Shown here in pieces: positions 8,778 through 16,191 of a stretch of 40,901 bases of DNA. Position 1 is the stretch's first letter, and each line of letters starts with the position of its first letter. The translations under genes and the position numbers were made by a program. Origin of the DNA: Candidatus Heimdallarchaeota archaeon (GTDB taxonomy: Archaea > Asgardarchaeota > Heimdallarchaeia > Hodarchaeales > Hodarchaeaceae); contig JBHLSH010000028.1 of NCBI GenBank assembly GCA_048881705.1, positions 1-40,901 of the forward strand, read 5' to 3'. The notes under the pieces are model-generated. The model was given only the letters and a program-made list of their open reading frames with translations. It made no database searches and was not told the origin of the DNA.

Positions 8778-9656
8778 ATGGTTACGGATATACCTATTTC
8801 CAAGATTATGACAAAACGGGAGAAGCTCGTCTGTCTGAATATACCAGGGAATAGGGACCTTTTACTGGATACTATACAAAAGACAGGTCTGAATGTATAT
8901 CCAGTCTTGAAAGAAGATTCGGACACGCTGGTAGGGGTCGTTTCACGATCGGATCTATTCAAAAATCCGAGTGAAACTCAATTGTCTTTGCTCATGAAGC
9001 GTGATGTGATCACGCTGCGGTCTTCTGACACGATAATCAAAGCTGCGAAAATCTTTGCACGAGAGGTTTTCCAAAGAATTCCTATCACAGATGAAAACGG
9101 CCAGCTCGAAGGCCTTATTTCACGAACGGATATTGTACGGATGGTAGTCAACCCTGCCAAACTTCAGGCCGACGTAAAAGACTACTTTAATACTAACGTT
9201 ACGACTATCTGGGAGGAAACCCCTATCACCGTAGCAGCTCGTGTTATGCGTCTTTCTCATCAAAAAGGAATTCCTGTGATCAATGAAGCCGAGATGGTAG
9301 GAATAGTAAGCCAGAATGATTTCTTGAAGGTTGTTCAAATCCTAGATACTCAAAGTAAGAGTTTGACAGGGCATGGAGCTGAAAATGATAGCTCCTCGTG
9401 GGATTCAGAGTCTGTTCTGATAATTGGAGCTAAAACCCTGACCTTGCCTCGGGATCTTATGGTTCGCGAGATCATGGAAAGAAATGTCGAGATTTGTTAC
9501 CAGGATAGTACAATCTCTGAAGTCTGCCGAAAGATGGTCACAAAAAAAATTGATCAGCTGCCCGTTGTGGATGTCGGTGGAGAAATTACGGGAATCATCA
9601 ACCAGAAGGATCTGATTCGTGCGTATATAGACTTCTATAACGCTAATCCTCCATAA
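8778..9656 (+). CDS. CBS domain protein (two CBS pairs)
   Basis: Four CBS motifs: YPV...LVGVVSRSDL, IPI...LEGLISRTDI, IPV...MVGIVSQNDF, LPVV...ITGIINQKDL. Confidence 0.9.
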   Translation: MVTDIPISKIMTKREKLVCLNIPGNRDLLLDTIQKTGLNVYPVLKEDSDTLVGVVSRSDLFKNPSETQLSLLMKRDVITLRSSDTIIKAAKIFAREVFQRIPITDENGQLEGLISRTDIVRMVVNPAKLQADVKDYFNTNVTTIWEETPITVAARVMRLSHQKGIPVINEAEMVGIVSQNDFLKVVQILDTQSKSLTGHGAENDSSSWDSESVLIIGAKTLTLPRDLMVREIMERNVEICYQDSTISEVCRKMVTKKIDQLPVVDVGGEITGIINQKDLIRAYIDFYNANPP

Positions 9657-9706
9657 CTTCCCGAGGTAATCTTCTCGAAAAACGTTGAGGAGAGTGAAAC
9701 GAGGCC

Positions 9707-10549
9707 ATGCATTTAGTTTGTGCTATTCCTGACTCAGCAGTATCTGACACCTCGGATTTGAGAATTAAAACAGAAAAACTATATCAAATTGCACGGGCAG
9801 TGGCAATCTTCCGAGCATCGGAGATTTTGATCTACCATGATCCCTTTCTCAAGCCGTCTCGGGCCAAACGTGAACGAAAAATAATTTCCCGTATTCTTCG
9901 TTACATTGAGTGCCCTCAATACTTGAGAAAACGGTTGTTTCCCCTTTACCGGGAAACGGCGGCGGTTGGAATCCTCCCGCCATTGGCTACTCCACACCAT
10001 GGGCGTTTTCATAAGCTAAAAAGAGGAGAAATACGAGAGGCCGCTGTTTTTCTGAACCAAGGAAAGGTAGTAGCTGATGTCGGTGGTCCTCACCTTCTTG
10101 AGGTTTCAAATCCTCCCCGACAATCACTGAAGGACCGGACTGTAAGATATACAGTCAAGATTGAAGAAATCAACGGGAAATGGCAGGCAAACGTAATTGA
10201 TCCTCCTCGGAAGCTATATTGGGGCTTTTCAGTAAATCTTTCAGAGGCACCACTAGGTAAGGCCCTATTGAATCGAAAAGAGATTCTTATAGCTACATCA
10301 AGGAGTTGCCAACCTCTGTCAGCAGCCACTTTCAAGGAAAAATCCTCAGAGGGATTTCTGGTAGCATTTGGAGGCCCTTATAACGGAATTCCAAATATGC
10401 TTAAAAATGAGGGGAAAAAAATTCAGGATGTGTTTGGCATCTGTCTTTCCGTCATCTCGAACTACGGAACACGATCTTTGAGGCTGGAAGAAGCCATAAT
10501 CATCACATTCACCAAATTAGACCAATATTTGACTGGAACTTTAGCCTAA
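9707..10549 (+). CDS. SPOUT-class RNA methyltransferase (DUF171/SPOUT1 family)
   Basis: IPDS...KTEK...IARAVAIFR...EILIY, YIECPQYLRK, GILPPLATPHH, VAFGGP, NYGTRSLRLEEA. Confidence 0.88.
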   Translation: MHLVCAIPDSAVSDTSDLRIKTEKLYQIARAVAIFRASEILIYHDPFLKPSRAKRERKIISRILRYIECPQYLRKRLFPLYRETAAVGILPPLATPHHGRFHKLKRGEIREAAVFLNQGKVVADVGGPHLLEVSNPPRQSLKDRTVRYTVKIEEINGKWQANVIDPPRKLYWGFSVNLSEAPLGKALLNRKEILIATSRSCQPLSAATFKEKSSEGFLVAFGGPYNGIPNMLKNEGKKIQDVFGICLSVISNYGTRSLRLEEAIIITFTKLDQYLTGTLA

Positions 10550-10674
10550 GCAGATCTCTTCGTGTTGAAATACCGAAATAATAATGCAAGAATCATTATT
10601 GATAGAAAAAAAACGAAGAAGAAAGGGAGTTCTGCCACTTCTGTAGTCGGAATCGTCGAAAATCGCATTATCAT
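10546..10674 (-). CDS. Possible 42-aa single-TM peptide
   Basis: Manual translation MIMRFSTIPTTEVAELPFFFVFFLSIMILALLFRYFNTKRSA. Its TAG overlaps the TAA of the convergent SPOUT gene, and it fills an otherwise empty 214-bp gap. It could be a chance ORF in AT-rich DNA. Confidence 0.3.
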   Translation of the reverse strand: MIMRFSTIPTTEVAELPFFFVFFLSIMILALLFRYFNTKRSA

Positions 10675-10763
10675 TAGCGTCCAGTTGATTAGGCGTAAAG
10701 GTTTTGCGGAATAACCATTCAGATGACCTTATTACCTTTTGCCTTCGTAAAAAGCTTTAGAGA

Positions 10764-11570
10764 TTGTGGAACGACGAGGGTTTTGATTTGAAATTCAGGC
10801 TTGATTCAGTCCTCTACCGGTTGTATGAAAGGCGGCTCTGGTCACAAATCAAGGATGGGATTACCCATGGAGTTCATCCCGAGCATGTTGCCATGATCCT
10901 GGATGGCAATAGGCGGTTTGCTCTAGAAAGAAATCTACCGAGCTATCTAGGTCACAGATTTGGACAGGAAAAATTGAAAGAGGTTCTCAACTGGTTTTGG
11001 GATCTGAAAATTAAGTACGTGACATTATATGCTTTTTCTACTGAGAATTTCGAACGTCCTGATCGGGAAGTTAAGGAACTAATGAAATTAGCTGAAAAGG
11101 CGTTTCGGGATATTGTAGCTCATCCAGAAATCAAAAAGCGTAACGTAAAGATTAAAACTATTGGTAGAACACATCTACTCCCTTCTAAAGTTCAAACTGC
11201 CATCAAGGAGGCTGAGGAGGCTACTGCGAATAATGAAGGCCCCATATTAATTATTGCTATTGGTTATGGCGGCCGTGCTGAGATGATCGATGCAATTAGA
11301 TCGATAGCACGAAAAGTTGCGACCAAAGAAATGGCAGTAGAGGATATTAACGAAATCGTGGTTAATCGACACCTTTATACAAATGGTATTCCAGACCCAG
11401 ATCTGATTATCCGTACTTCTGGAGAAGAACGACTATCTGGTTTTCTGACTTGGCAATCTGCCTATAGCGAACTCTATTTTGCGGATGTGTTCTTCCCTGG
11501 TTTTCGTAAAATCGATCTGTGGCGTGCAATTCGAACCTATCAGTCACGACACAGACGGTATGGCCGATAA
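10764..11570 (+). CDS. uppS: cis-prenyltransferase (polyprenyl/undecaprenyl diphosphate synthase)
   Basis: HVAMILDGNRR, LYAFSTENFERP, IGYGGRAEM, PDPDLIIRTSGEERLSGFL, RRYGR. Confidence 0.95.
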   Translation: MWNDEGFDLKFRLDSVLYRLYERRLWSQIKDGITHGVHPEHVAMILDGNRRFALERNLPSYLGHRFGQEKLKEVLNWFWDLKIKYVTLYAFSTENFERPDREVKELMKLAEKAFRDIVAHPEIKKRNVKIKTIGRTHLLPSKVQTAIKEAEEATANNEGPILIIAIGYGGRAEMIDAIRSIARKVATKEMAVEDINEIVVNRHLYTNGIPDPDLIIRTSGEERLSGFLTWQSAYSELYFADVFFPGFRKIDLWRAIRTYQSRHRRYGR

Positions 11571-11610
11571 CATATCCTAGATAAATATGAGGGAGTTGAA
11601 TTCAATTCAA

Positions 11611-12366
11611 TCAGGTATACATACGACGAGATAAATCCTTATCTCGATTTGTTTCTTCAATAGGAGCCAATTGGCGCTTTATTTGTTCCTGGATCTTTTG
11701 CGCATTTTCTATCAGCATTTCTGTACTTACTTCAACCTTCAGAAGAAGATTCAACTTGTTAACGGCAGAAACAGCCGCAAGAGGATCGGGTCGTTCACGT
11801 GTGGCGTAGGCTAGAAGTCCAACTGCTGGAAACATGTTAATATCAAGATACCCCAGGGTTACAGCCAGAGGTCCAGCAACGAAGAGGCCAGGGTCTAAGA
11901 GGTTCTCCCGAACTTCATTGATAAACCCATCTGGTACGTTTTGATAAGTGTAAAAGGCACGACTTGGGATATACTGGAGCGGATTGTCCCCTGCCTTTAA
12001 TACTTCGTCCACTCCTCCCAAAAAATACGCCACTTCCAGGTTTGGGTGATTTAATATCCATTCCGAAAGTTTTTCTGAGAACTCGATCTGAACATGTCGG
12101 TAAGGCTGTAAATGAGGGACAAAGATGGCAAAATCATGATTTTGACTAGCATAAATTTCAAACGGTAATCGGAGATGGTTATCCTGGACAGAAATAAAGG
12201 GTGGAGCCCCGCTCGAGAGGATAGTTGCACATCGGGTCAGATTGAGTTCCTGGACCAAATGAGTAACTGTAATATAGCCCGTTTCACCGAGTCCATGCCA
12301 TCCTGCAACGAAGATTCGACATTGGTCAAGGATTTCGGGATTTTCGTTAAAGATCTTAAATTTCAT
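11611..12366 (-). CDS. PAC2-family proteasome assembly chaperone
   Basis: FVAGWHGLGETGYITVTHL (GxxGxGxxG-like), P...LRLPFEIY, GPLAVTL, PDPLAA, LIENAQKIQEQ; acidic tail ending MYT. Confidence 0.8.
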   Translation of the reverse strand: MKFKIFNENPEILDQCRIFVAGWHGLGETGYITVTHLVQELNLTRCATILSSGAPPFISVQDNHLRLPFEIYASQNHDFAIFVPHLQPYRHVQIEFSEKLSEWILNHPNLEVAYFLGGVDEVLKAGDNPLQYIPSRAFYTYQNVPDGFINEVRENLLDPGLFVAGPLAVTLGYLDINMFPAVGLLAYATRERPDPLAAVSAVNKLNLLLKVEVSTEMLIENAQKIQEQIKRQLAPIEETNRDKDLSRRMYT

Positions 12367-12384
12367 CGGATCTTCATCTCAACT

Positions 12385-13029
12385 TTATCTTTCATTTTTG
12401 GGTATGTAACGGGCTCGGGATGCAATCTTCTTAACCTGCTCAAATACCTTGGGGCCATTTTCATTTGTTTCCAGGTAAATGGACTGAAAGCCAGCGATCA
12501 GATCTTTGTAGTGTGGAGAAACAGCTTTTAAAGTGTTTTGGAATAATAATAAGTCATCTGCGTGTTTTTCATGCTCAATAGTCATTTGTGCTAGCCCAAA
12601 ATCTATCAACCATGGAATTTCTTCATCAACTATGACATTAAATACGGTCAGATCTCCGTGAACGATATCATTTCTGTGAAGAAGCCCTATCTGCCTACCT
12701 AGCTCGTGAAAGATTGGAATTAGATTGAAGGCGGGAAGAGTTACCACGAGCTCATAAAGAGTAACCCCTTTAATCTCTTCTATAATCAGGGTTCGTTTTT
12801 CTGTGTCAATGCCCAGGAGTGCTGGAACCCGTATACCCAATTGCCAGGCCAACTTTATTATACGTGCTTCGGCCCGTAGTCTCTGTAAACGAATAATCTG
12901 ATCAATTTGGGGAAGTCGGTATTTCTTAGGGGGACGTCGTTTGATAATAACAGACAGATCGAGAAATTTCCCCTTATAAACCATTGCCTCGGCTCCCTTG
13001 GCAATCAATCCCTCCTGTACTAATTTCAT
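12385..13029 (-). CDS. bud32: KEOPS complex kinase/ATPase Bud32
   Basis: KGAEA, IKRRPPKKYR, R..AEAR, HGDLTVFNVI, LIDFGLA. ATG at 13029 overlaps the kae1 TGA (ATGA coupling); track start is 13065. Confidence 0.93.
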   Translation of the reverse strand: MKLVQEGLIAKGAEAMVYKGKFLDLSVIIKRRPPKKYRLPQIDQIIRLQRLRAEARIIKLAWQLGIRVPALLGIDTEKRTLIIEEIKGVTLYELVVTLPAFNLIPIFHELGRQIGLLHRNDIVHGDLTVFNVIVDEEIPWLIDFGLAQMTIEHEKHADDLLLFQNTLKAVSPHYKDLIAGFQSIYLETNENGPKVFEQVKKIASRARYIPKNER

Positions 13030-14018
13030 GGTACCCAACTCACTGTTACCTGATCTGTGCGCCAACGTGGCATGACAAAAGAGTCCTCGATTGTGAGAAA
13101 GTCCTGATGTTTGAACATGAGTGCCCCAGTTAAAGCAATCATTGCCCCGTTGTCTCCTGCAAGATGTCGAGGTACTACGAAGTATTTTACCCCCTGTTCA
13201 ACACCTACTTTTTGTATCATTTCTTGAAGACGAAGGTTGGCAGCGACTCCTCCCGTTAATAGCAGAGTTGGTTTCTTTGTGCAGGCTAAGGCTCTCTCTG
13301 TTGCTTCCGCTAGCGTTGAAAATGTATACTCCTGAAAGGAGTAACAAATATTCGCTATGGTATTTTGAGGGATTAACCTTTTTGCTGCTGTTAACACACC
13401 TGAGAAAGCAAATGACATCCCTTTTACTGTGTAGGGAAGGGGTAGGAGGGTATTTCCGTTTTTTGCATGTTTTTCAATTTGAGGGCCCCCAGGATGGGAT
13501 AGCCCTAATTCCCTTCCAAGCGTATCTAAAGCATTGCCAATAGCAATATCGAGGGTTTCTCCCAATACACGATATCGTTTATTAAGAAAAGCAATGAGTT
13601 GAGTGTTCCCTCCACTCACATACAATACCAATGGATCGTGAACAGGGGCGACAACTCGCCCCAGTTCGATATGAGCCACACAGTGATTGACTCCAATTAG
13701 AGGCCGTTTGAGGTATGATGCGATAGTTCTGGCTAGTGTTGCAGTAACTCTGAGACAAGGGCCAAGCCCTGGGCCTTGCGAAAACGCAACCGCATCAATC
13801 TTTTTTATCGAAAACGGAAGTTCCTGAATGACAACCTCCAACAGTGGAGGGAACGCCTTGGATAAGAATTGAGCCGCTTCCCGAGGATGAATTCCACCCT
13901 TTTGCGGCAAGTATGTTTTCGCCTTATTTACAATAATTTCGTGACCCCGGACAACCGCAATCCCAGCAGTGTGGGCTGTACCCTCAAATCCCAGTATAAT
14001 TGGATCACTGATCTCCAT
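13026..14018 (-). CDS. kae1: tRNA t6A synthase Kae1
   Basis: GFEGTAHT, GGIHPREAA, GPGLGPCL, VNHCVAHIE, VSGGNTQ, GETLDIAIGN, GGVAAN, GDNGAMIA, PRWRTD. Start placed at ATG 14018 because rps27ae occupies 14038-14202. Confidence 0.96.
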   Translation of the reverse strand: MEISDPIILGFEGTAHTAGIAVVRGHEIIVNKAKTYLPQKGGIHPREAAQFLSKAFPPLLEVVIQELPFSIKKIDAVAFSQGPGLGPCLRVTATLARTIASYLKRPLIGVNHCVAHIELGRVVAPVHDPLVLYVSGGNTQLIAFLNKRYRVLGETLDIAIGNALDTLGRELGLSHPGGPQIEKHAKNGNTLLPLPYTVKGMSFAFSGVLTAAKRLIPQNTIANICYSFQEYTFSTLAEATERALACTKKPTLLLTGGVAANLRLQEMIQKVGVEQGVKYFVVPRHLAGDNGAMIALTGALMFKHQDFLTIEDSFVMPRWRTDQVTVSWVP

Positions 14019-14037
14019 AGGTTGTACAAAACTCGCA

Positions 14038-14202
14038 CTAATATTCTGTGTATCCACAGTGTCCACAAGAACGTCTATCTTTATGTTCCGCTAAAAATGA
14101 GCCTTTGCAGCGGGGACAGAACTTTCTAGATCTGTTAAGCTTCGTTTTCTTTTTGTAATCGACATCATAAAATTCGTGTGCTTGTTTCCTACGATTAGGC
14201 AT
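14038..14202 (-). CDS. rps27ae: 30S ribosomal protein S27ae
   Basis: Not in the track (54 aa). Manual translation [54 protein letters not shown] has the CPRC...CGHC Zn ribbon and sits in the conserved S24e-S27ae-kae1 position. Confidence 0.95.
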   Translation of the reverse strand: MPNRRKQAHEFYDVDYKKKTKLNRSRKFCPRCKGSFLAEHKDRRSCGHCGYTEY

Positions 14203-14208
14203 GATCTT

Positions 14209-14508
14209 TCAACTTTTAGGCTTCGGTTCCACTATTTTATTCCGAACCAATCGATAACGTGCTTCGAACTCCATAGCATCCTGGGCTTTATCATAACAAT
14301 GAGCAACGACGCTCGAGATAGGTTTCCCGAAGTGTCCTTGGATACTTTGGATTACAACCCGTTCTAAATCTATGTTTAATTGAGCGGCAACTTTCGCTCG
14401 AACGGCTTCTCGTGTTGGGGTCGTCTCCCCGAGATGCGTGATGATTACGGAAACCTCCTTCCGTTCTATCAAAGGGTTATATCTTTCTTCTTGAATTTGT
14501 ATTTCCAT
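14209..14508 (-). CDS. rps24e: 30S ribosomal protein S24e
   Basis: YNPLIERKE, TPTREAVR, IQGHFG, E.RYRLVRN. Confidence 0.93.
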   Translation of the reverse strand: MEIQIQEERYNPLIERKEVSVIITHLGETTPTREAVRAKVAAQLNIDLERVVIQSIQGHFGKPISSVVAHCYDKAQDAMEFEARYRLVRNKIVEPKPKS

Positions 14509-14511
14509 GAT

Positions 14512-15075
14512 CTACCCACGGTATTCATTATAGTACTCGAATTGGTCAAGCAATGCAGTTATTCTATCTTTCGATGATGGCGTAATCGTAACTACTACGA
14601 TTCCAGCTTCCCTATTTTCGATAGGAGGCTGGCCGTATAGAACCATACTTCCGAGAGGTGACCAGAGGATACACGGGATTGTGAGAAGATCCTCCTCACC
14701 GGAAACCCGGACACAAACACGAATTTTCGACCTGGATGAAAAACTTATTGCGTTTTTGATTATATCGATAGCCTCGTTAAGAATCCATTCAGCAGGATTC
14801 CGTAGGACCAATTCCTTGTACAATGCGAGGTCTAGTGTCACCGTATCGGATCTTAGGGTTTTACCATCATAAATAACGACATTGGGCAAGAAATTCACAT
14901 TGAACAGGCTTGCCGTACAAAAATCGCCTACAGAAATTACTAAGGGCGGAGAACGAGAGGTGATAAATCCTACGGTTTCTATTGCAACTTCACGAGGTTC
15001 TCCAATAAATAATCGGCCAATTGGGCTACGTAATGACTCTCGCAAAGACTTGGGAAGCTTATAGCCGCCTGTCAA
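14512..15075 (-). CDS. GTP-dependent dephospho-CoA kinase (DUF359)
   Basis: LRESLRSPIG, SVGD, IYDGKTLR, VSGEEDLL, YGQP; conserved position after spt4. Confidence 0.88.
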   Translation of the reverse strand: MTGGYKLPKSLRESLRSPIGRLFIGEPREVAIETVGFITSRSPPLVISVGDFCTASLFNVNFLPNVVIYDGKTLRSDTVTLDLALYKELVLRNPAEWILNEAIDIIKNAISFSSRSKIRVCVRVSGEEDLLTIPCILWSPLGSMVLYGQPPIENREAGIVVVTITPSSKDRITALLDQFEYYNEYRG

Positions 15076-15105
15076 AAAACGTCCCTAACTATTATGGAGG
15101 AATAC

Positions 15106-15300
15106 CTACCGTACTTTAATAGCATATATACCTGGTCGAGAGACATTCAATTTACGAGCAATCTTGCTTTCTTTCGCATTTCGAATTATAACCATGCCGC
15201 TAAAGTTCTTCGATAGATGATTGTGAGTTCTACAGATTGGGCACACCTCCTCCCCATGCACAATGCTTTTACATTTTTTGCAGGCCCGATAATTTACCAT
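15106..15300 (-). CDS. spt4: Transcription elongation factor Spt4 (RpoE2)
   Basis: RACKKC...CPIC, SKNFSG, SKIARKL, PGIYAIKVR. Confidence 0.93.
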   Translation of the reverse strand: MVNYRACKKCKSIVHGEEVCPICRTHNHLSKNFSGMVIIRNAKESKIARKLNVSRPGIYAIKVR

Positions 15301-15852
15301 CTACGCCGGCTCCTGATCTTTTTCTTCATCTAGCCATGTTTTGAGGCCCAAACCTTCCCCTTTCATCGTTACTGCAATTTTCATGCTTACATGGTCAACC
15401 GTAGCCGTAATAATTCTTCCTCGTACCAGATCTCCTTGCCTGATTGTTCGTCCCGATTCGCGTCCAACAAGAACCCCCGAAGCTCTAGATGACATTTGAA
15501 AGAATTCATCTGAGATTTGACTGATATGAGCTAAGGCATCTGTACAACCAATGCGCATAAAAAATCCAAATTTGGTCGTTTCTACCACCTCACCCTCCGA
15601 TACTTCGTTGTTTAACGGTCGGAAAGTGATTGCTTCATATTCAACATCATGGAATGTTTCGCCGTGTCCTGGGACGATACGACCAGGCGAAATATGAAGG
15701 ATGGACAAAACCGCTACAATCATGCCTACATCTGCGCCAATTGTTGTTTCATTCTTTTGTCGACTAATATCAAGGATGACGTTTTCAATCGGTTCGCCAA
15801 AGCGTTTGGGAGGAACTCGGATAGTTTCGCGAATTCTAGTTAGGTAATACAT
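15301..15852 (-). CDS. rpo7: RNA polymerase subunit Rpo7 (RpoE1)
   Basis: IRVPPKRFG, GRIVPGHG, FRPLNNEVSEGEV, FGFFMRIG..DALAHISQI, GDLVRGRI, GLGLKTW. Confidence 0.96.
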   Translation of the reverse strand: MYYLTRIRETIRVPPKRFGEPIENVILDISRQKNETTIGADVGMIVAVLSILHISPGRIVPGHGETFHDVEYEAITFRPLNNEVSEGEVVETTKFGFFMRIGCTDALAHISQISDEFFQMSSRASGVLVGRESGRTIRQGDLVRGRIITATVDHVSMKIAVTMKGEGLGLKTWLDEEKDQEPA

Positions 15853-15877
15853 CTTCTTTCCAAGTTAGATAGGTATT

Positions 15878-16027
15878 TTTGCGAGATCCGCAAATATTTT
15901 TTCCGCAATTCGGGCTTGAAATCGGTAACGATTAACCCTCATTAGGACGACAGTGATTTAACTAGGTGACTGAAGAGATCTTCGGTCATTTCTTAAGGAA
16001 ATCGGATTATTAATCCAATGCAGGGTT
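15878..16027. other. Putative structured RNA / inverted-repeat cluster
   Basis: Five hairpins plus a long-range helix read directly from the sequence (see findings). No Rfam family recognised. Confidence 0.4.
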
Positions 16028-16191
16028 TGTATGATAGATTATTGAGGTTTTCGATACAGTTTGGTGATATAAGCAGACCCAAAAGTTAAAATTCCGATTT
16101 TAACGGGGAGAATTGCTATTATATCCCCTTCTCATGGGATCTATGTACATCATTGGAATCTAATGGAATAGAGAAAGAGGAAATGTGACAT

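Noticed and set aside
15890-15960. Hammerhead-like core on the minus strand (CTAATGAG...stem...GAAT)
   Set aside because: G5 is A and A15.1 is U relative to the CUGANGA/GAAA consensus, and no convincing stems I and III.
15878-16191. tRNA, SRP RNA, RNase P RNA or fluoride riboswitch in the rpo7-hppA gap
   Set aside because: No TTCRA T-loop or CCA/acceptor stem, no SRP helix-8 motif, no GAGGAAAGTCC and no GGNGATGGNGTTCNCC motif.
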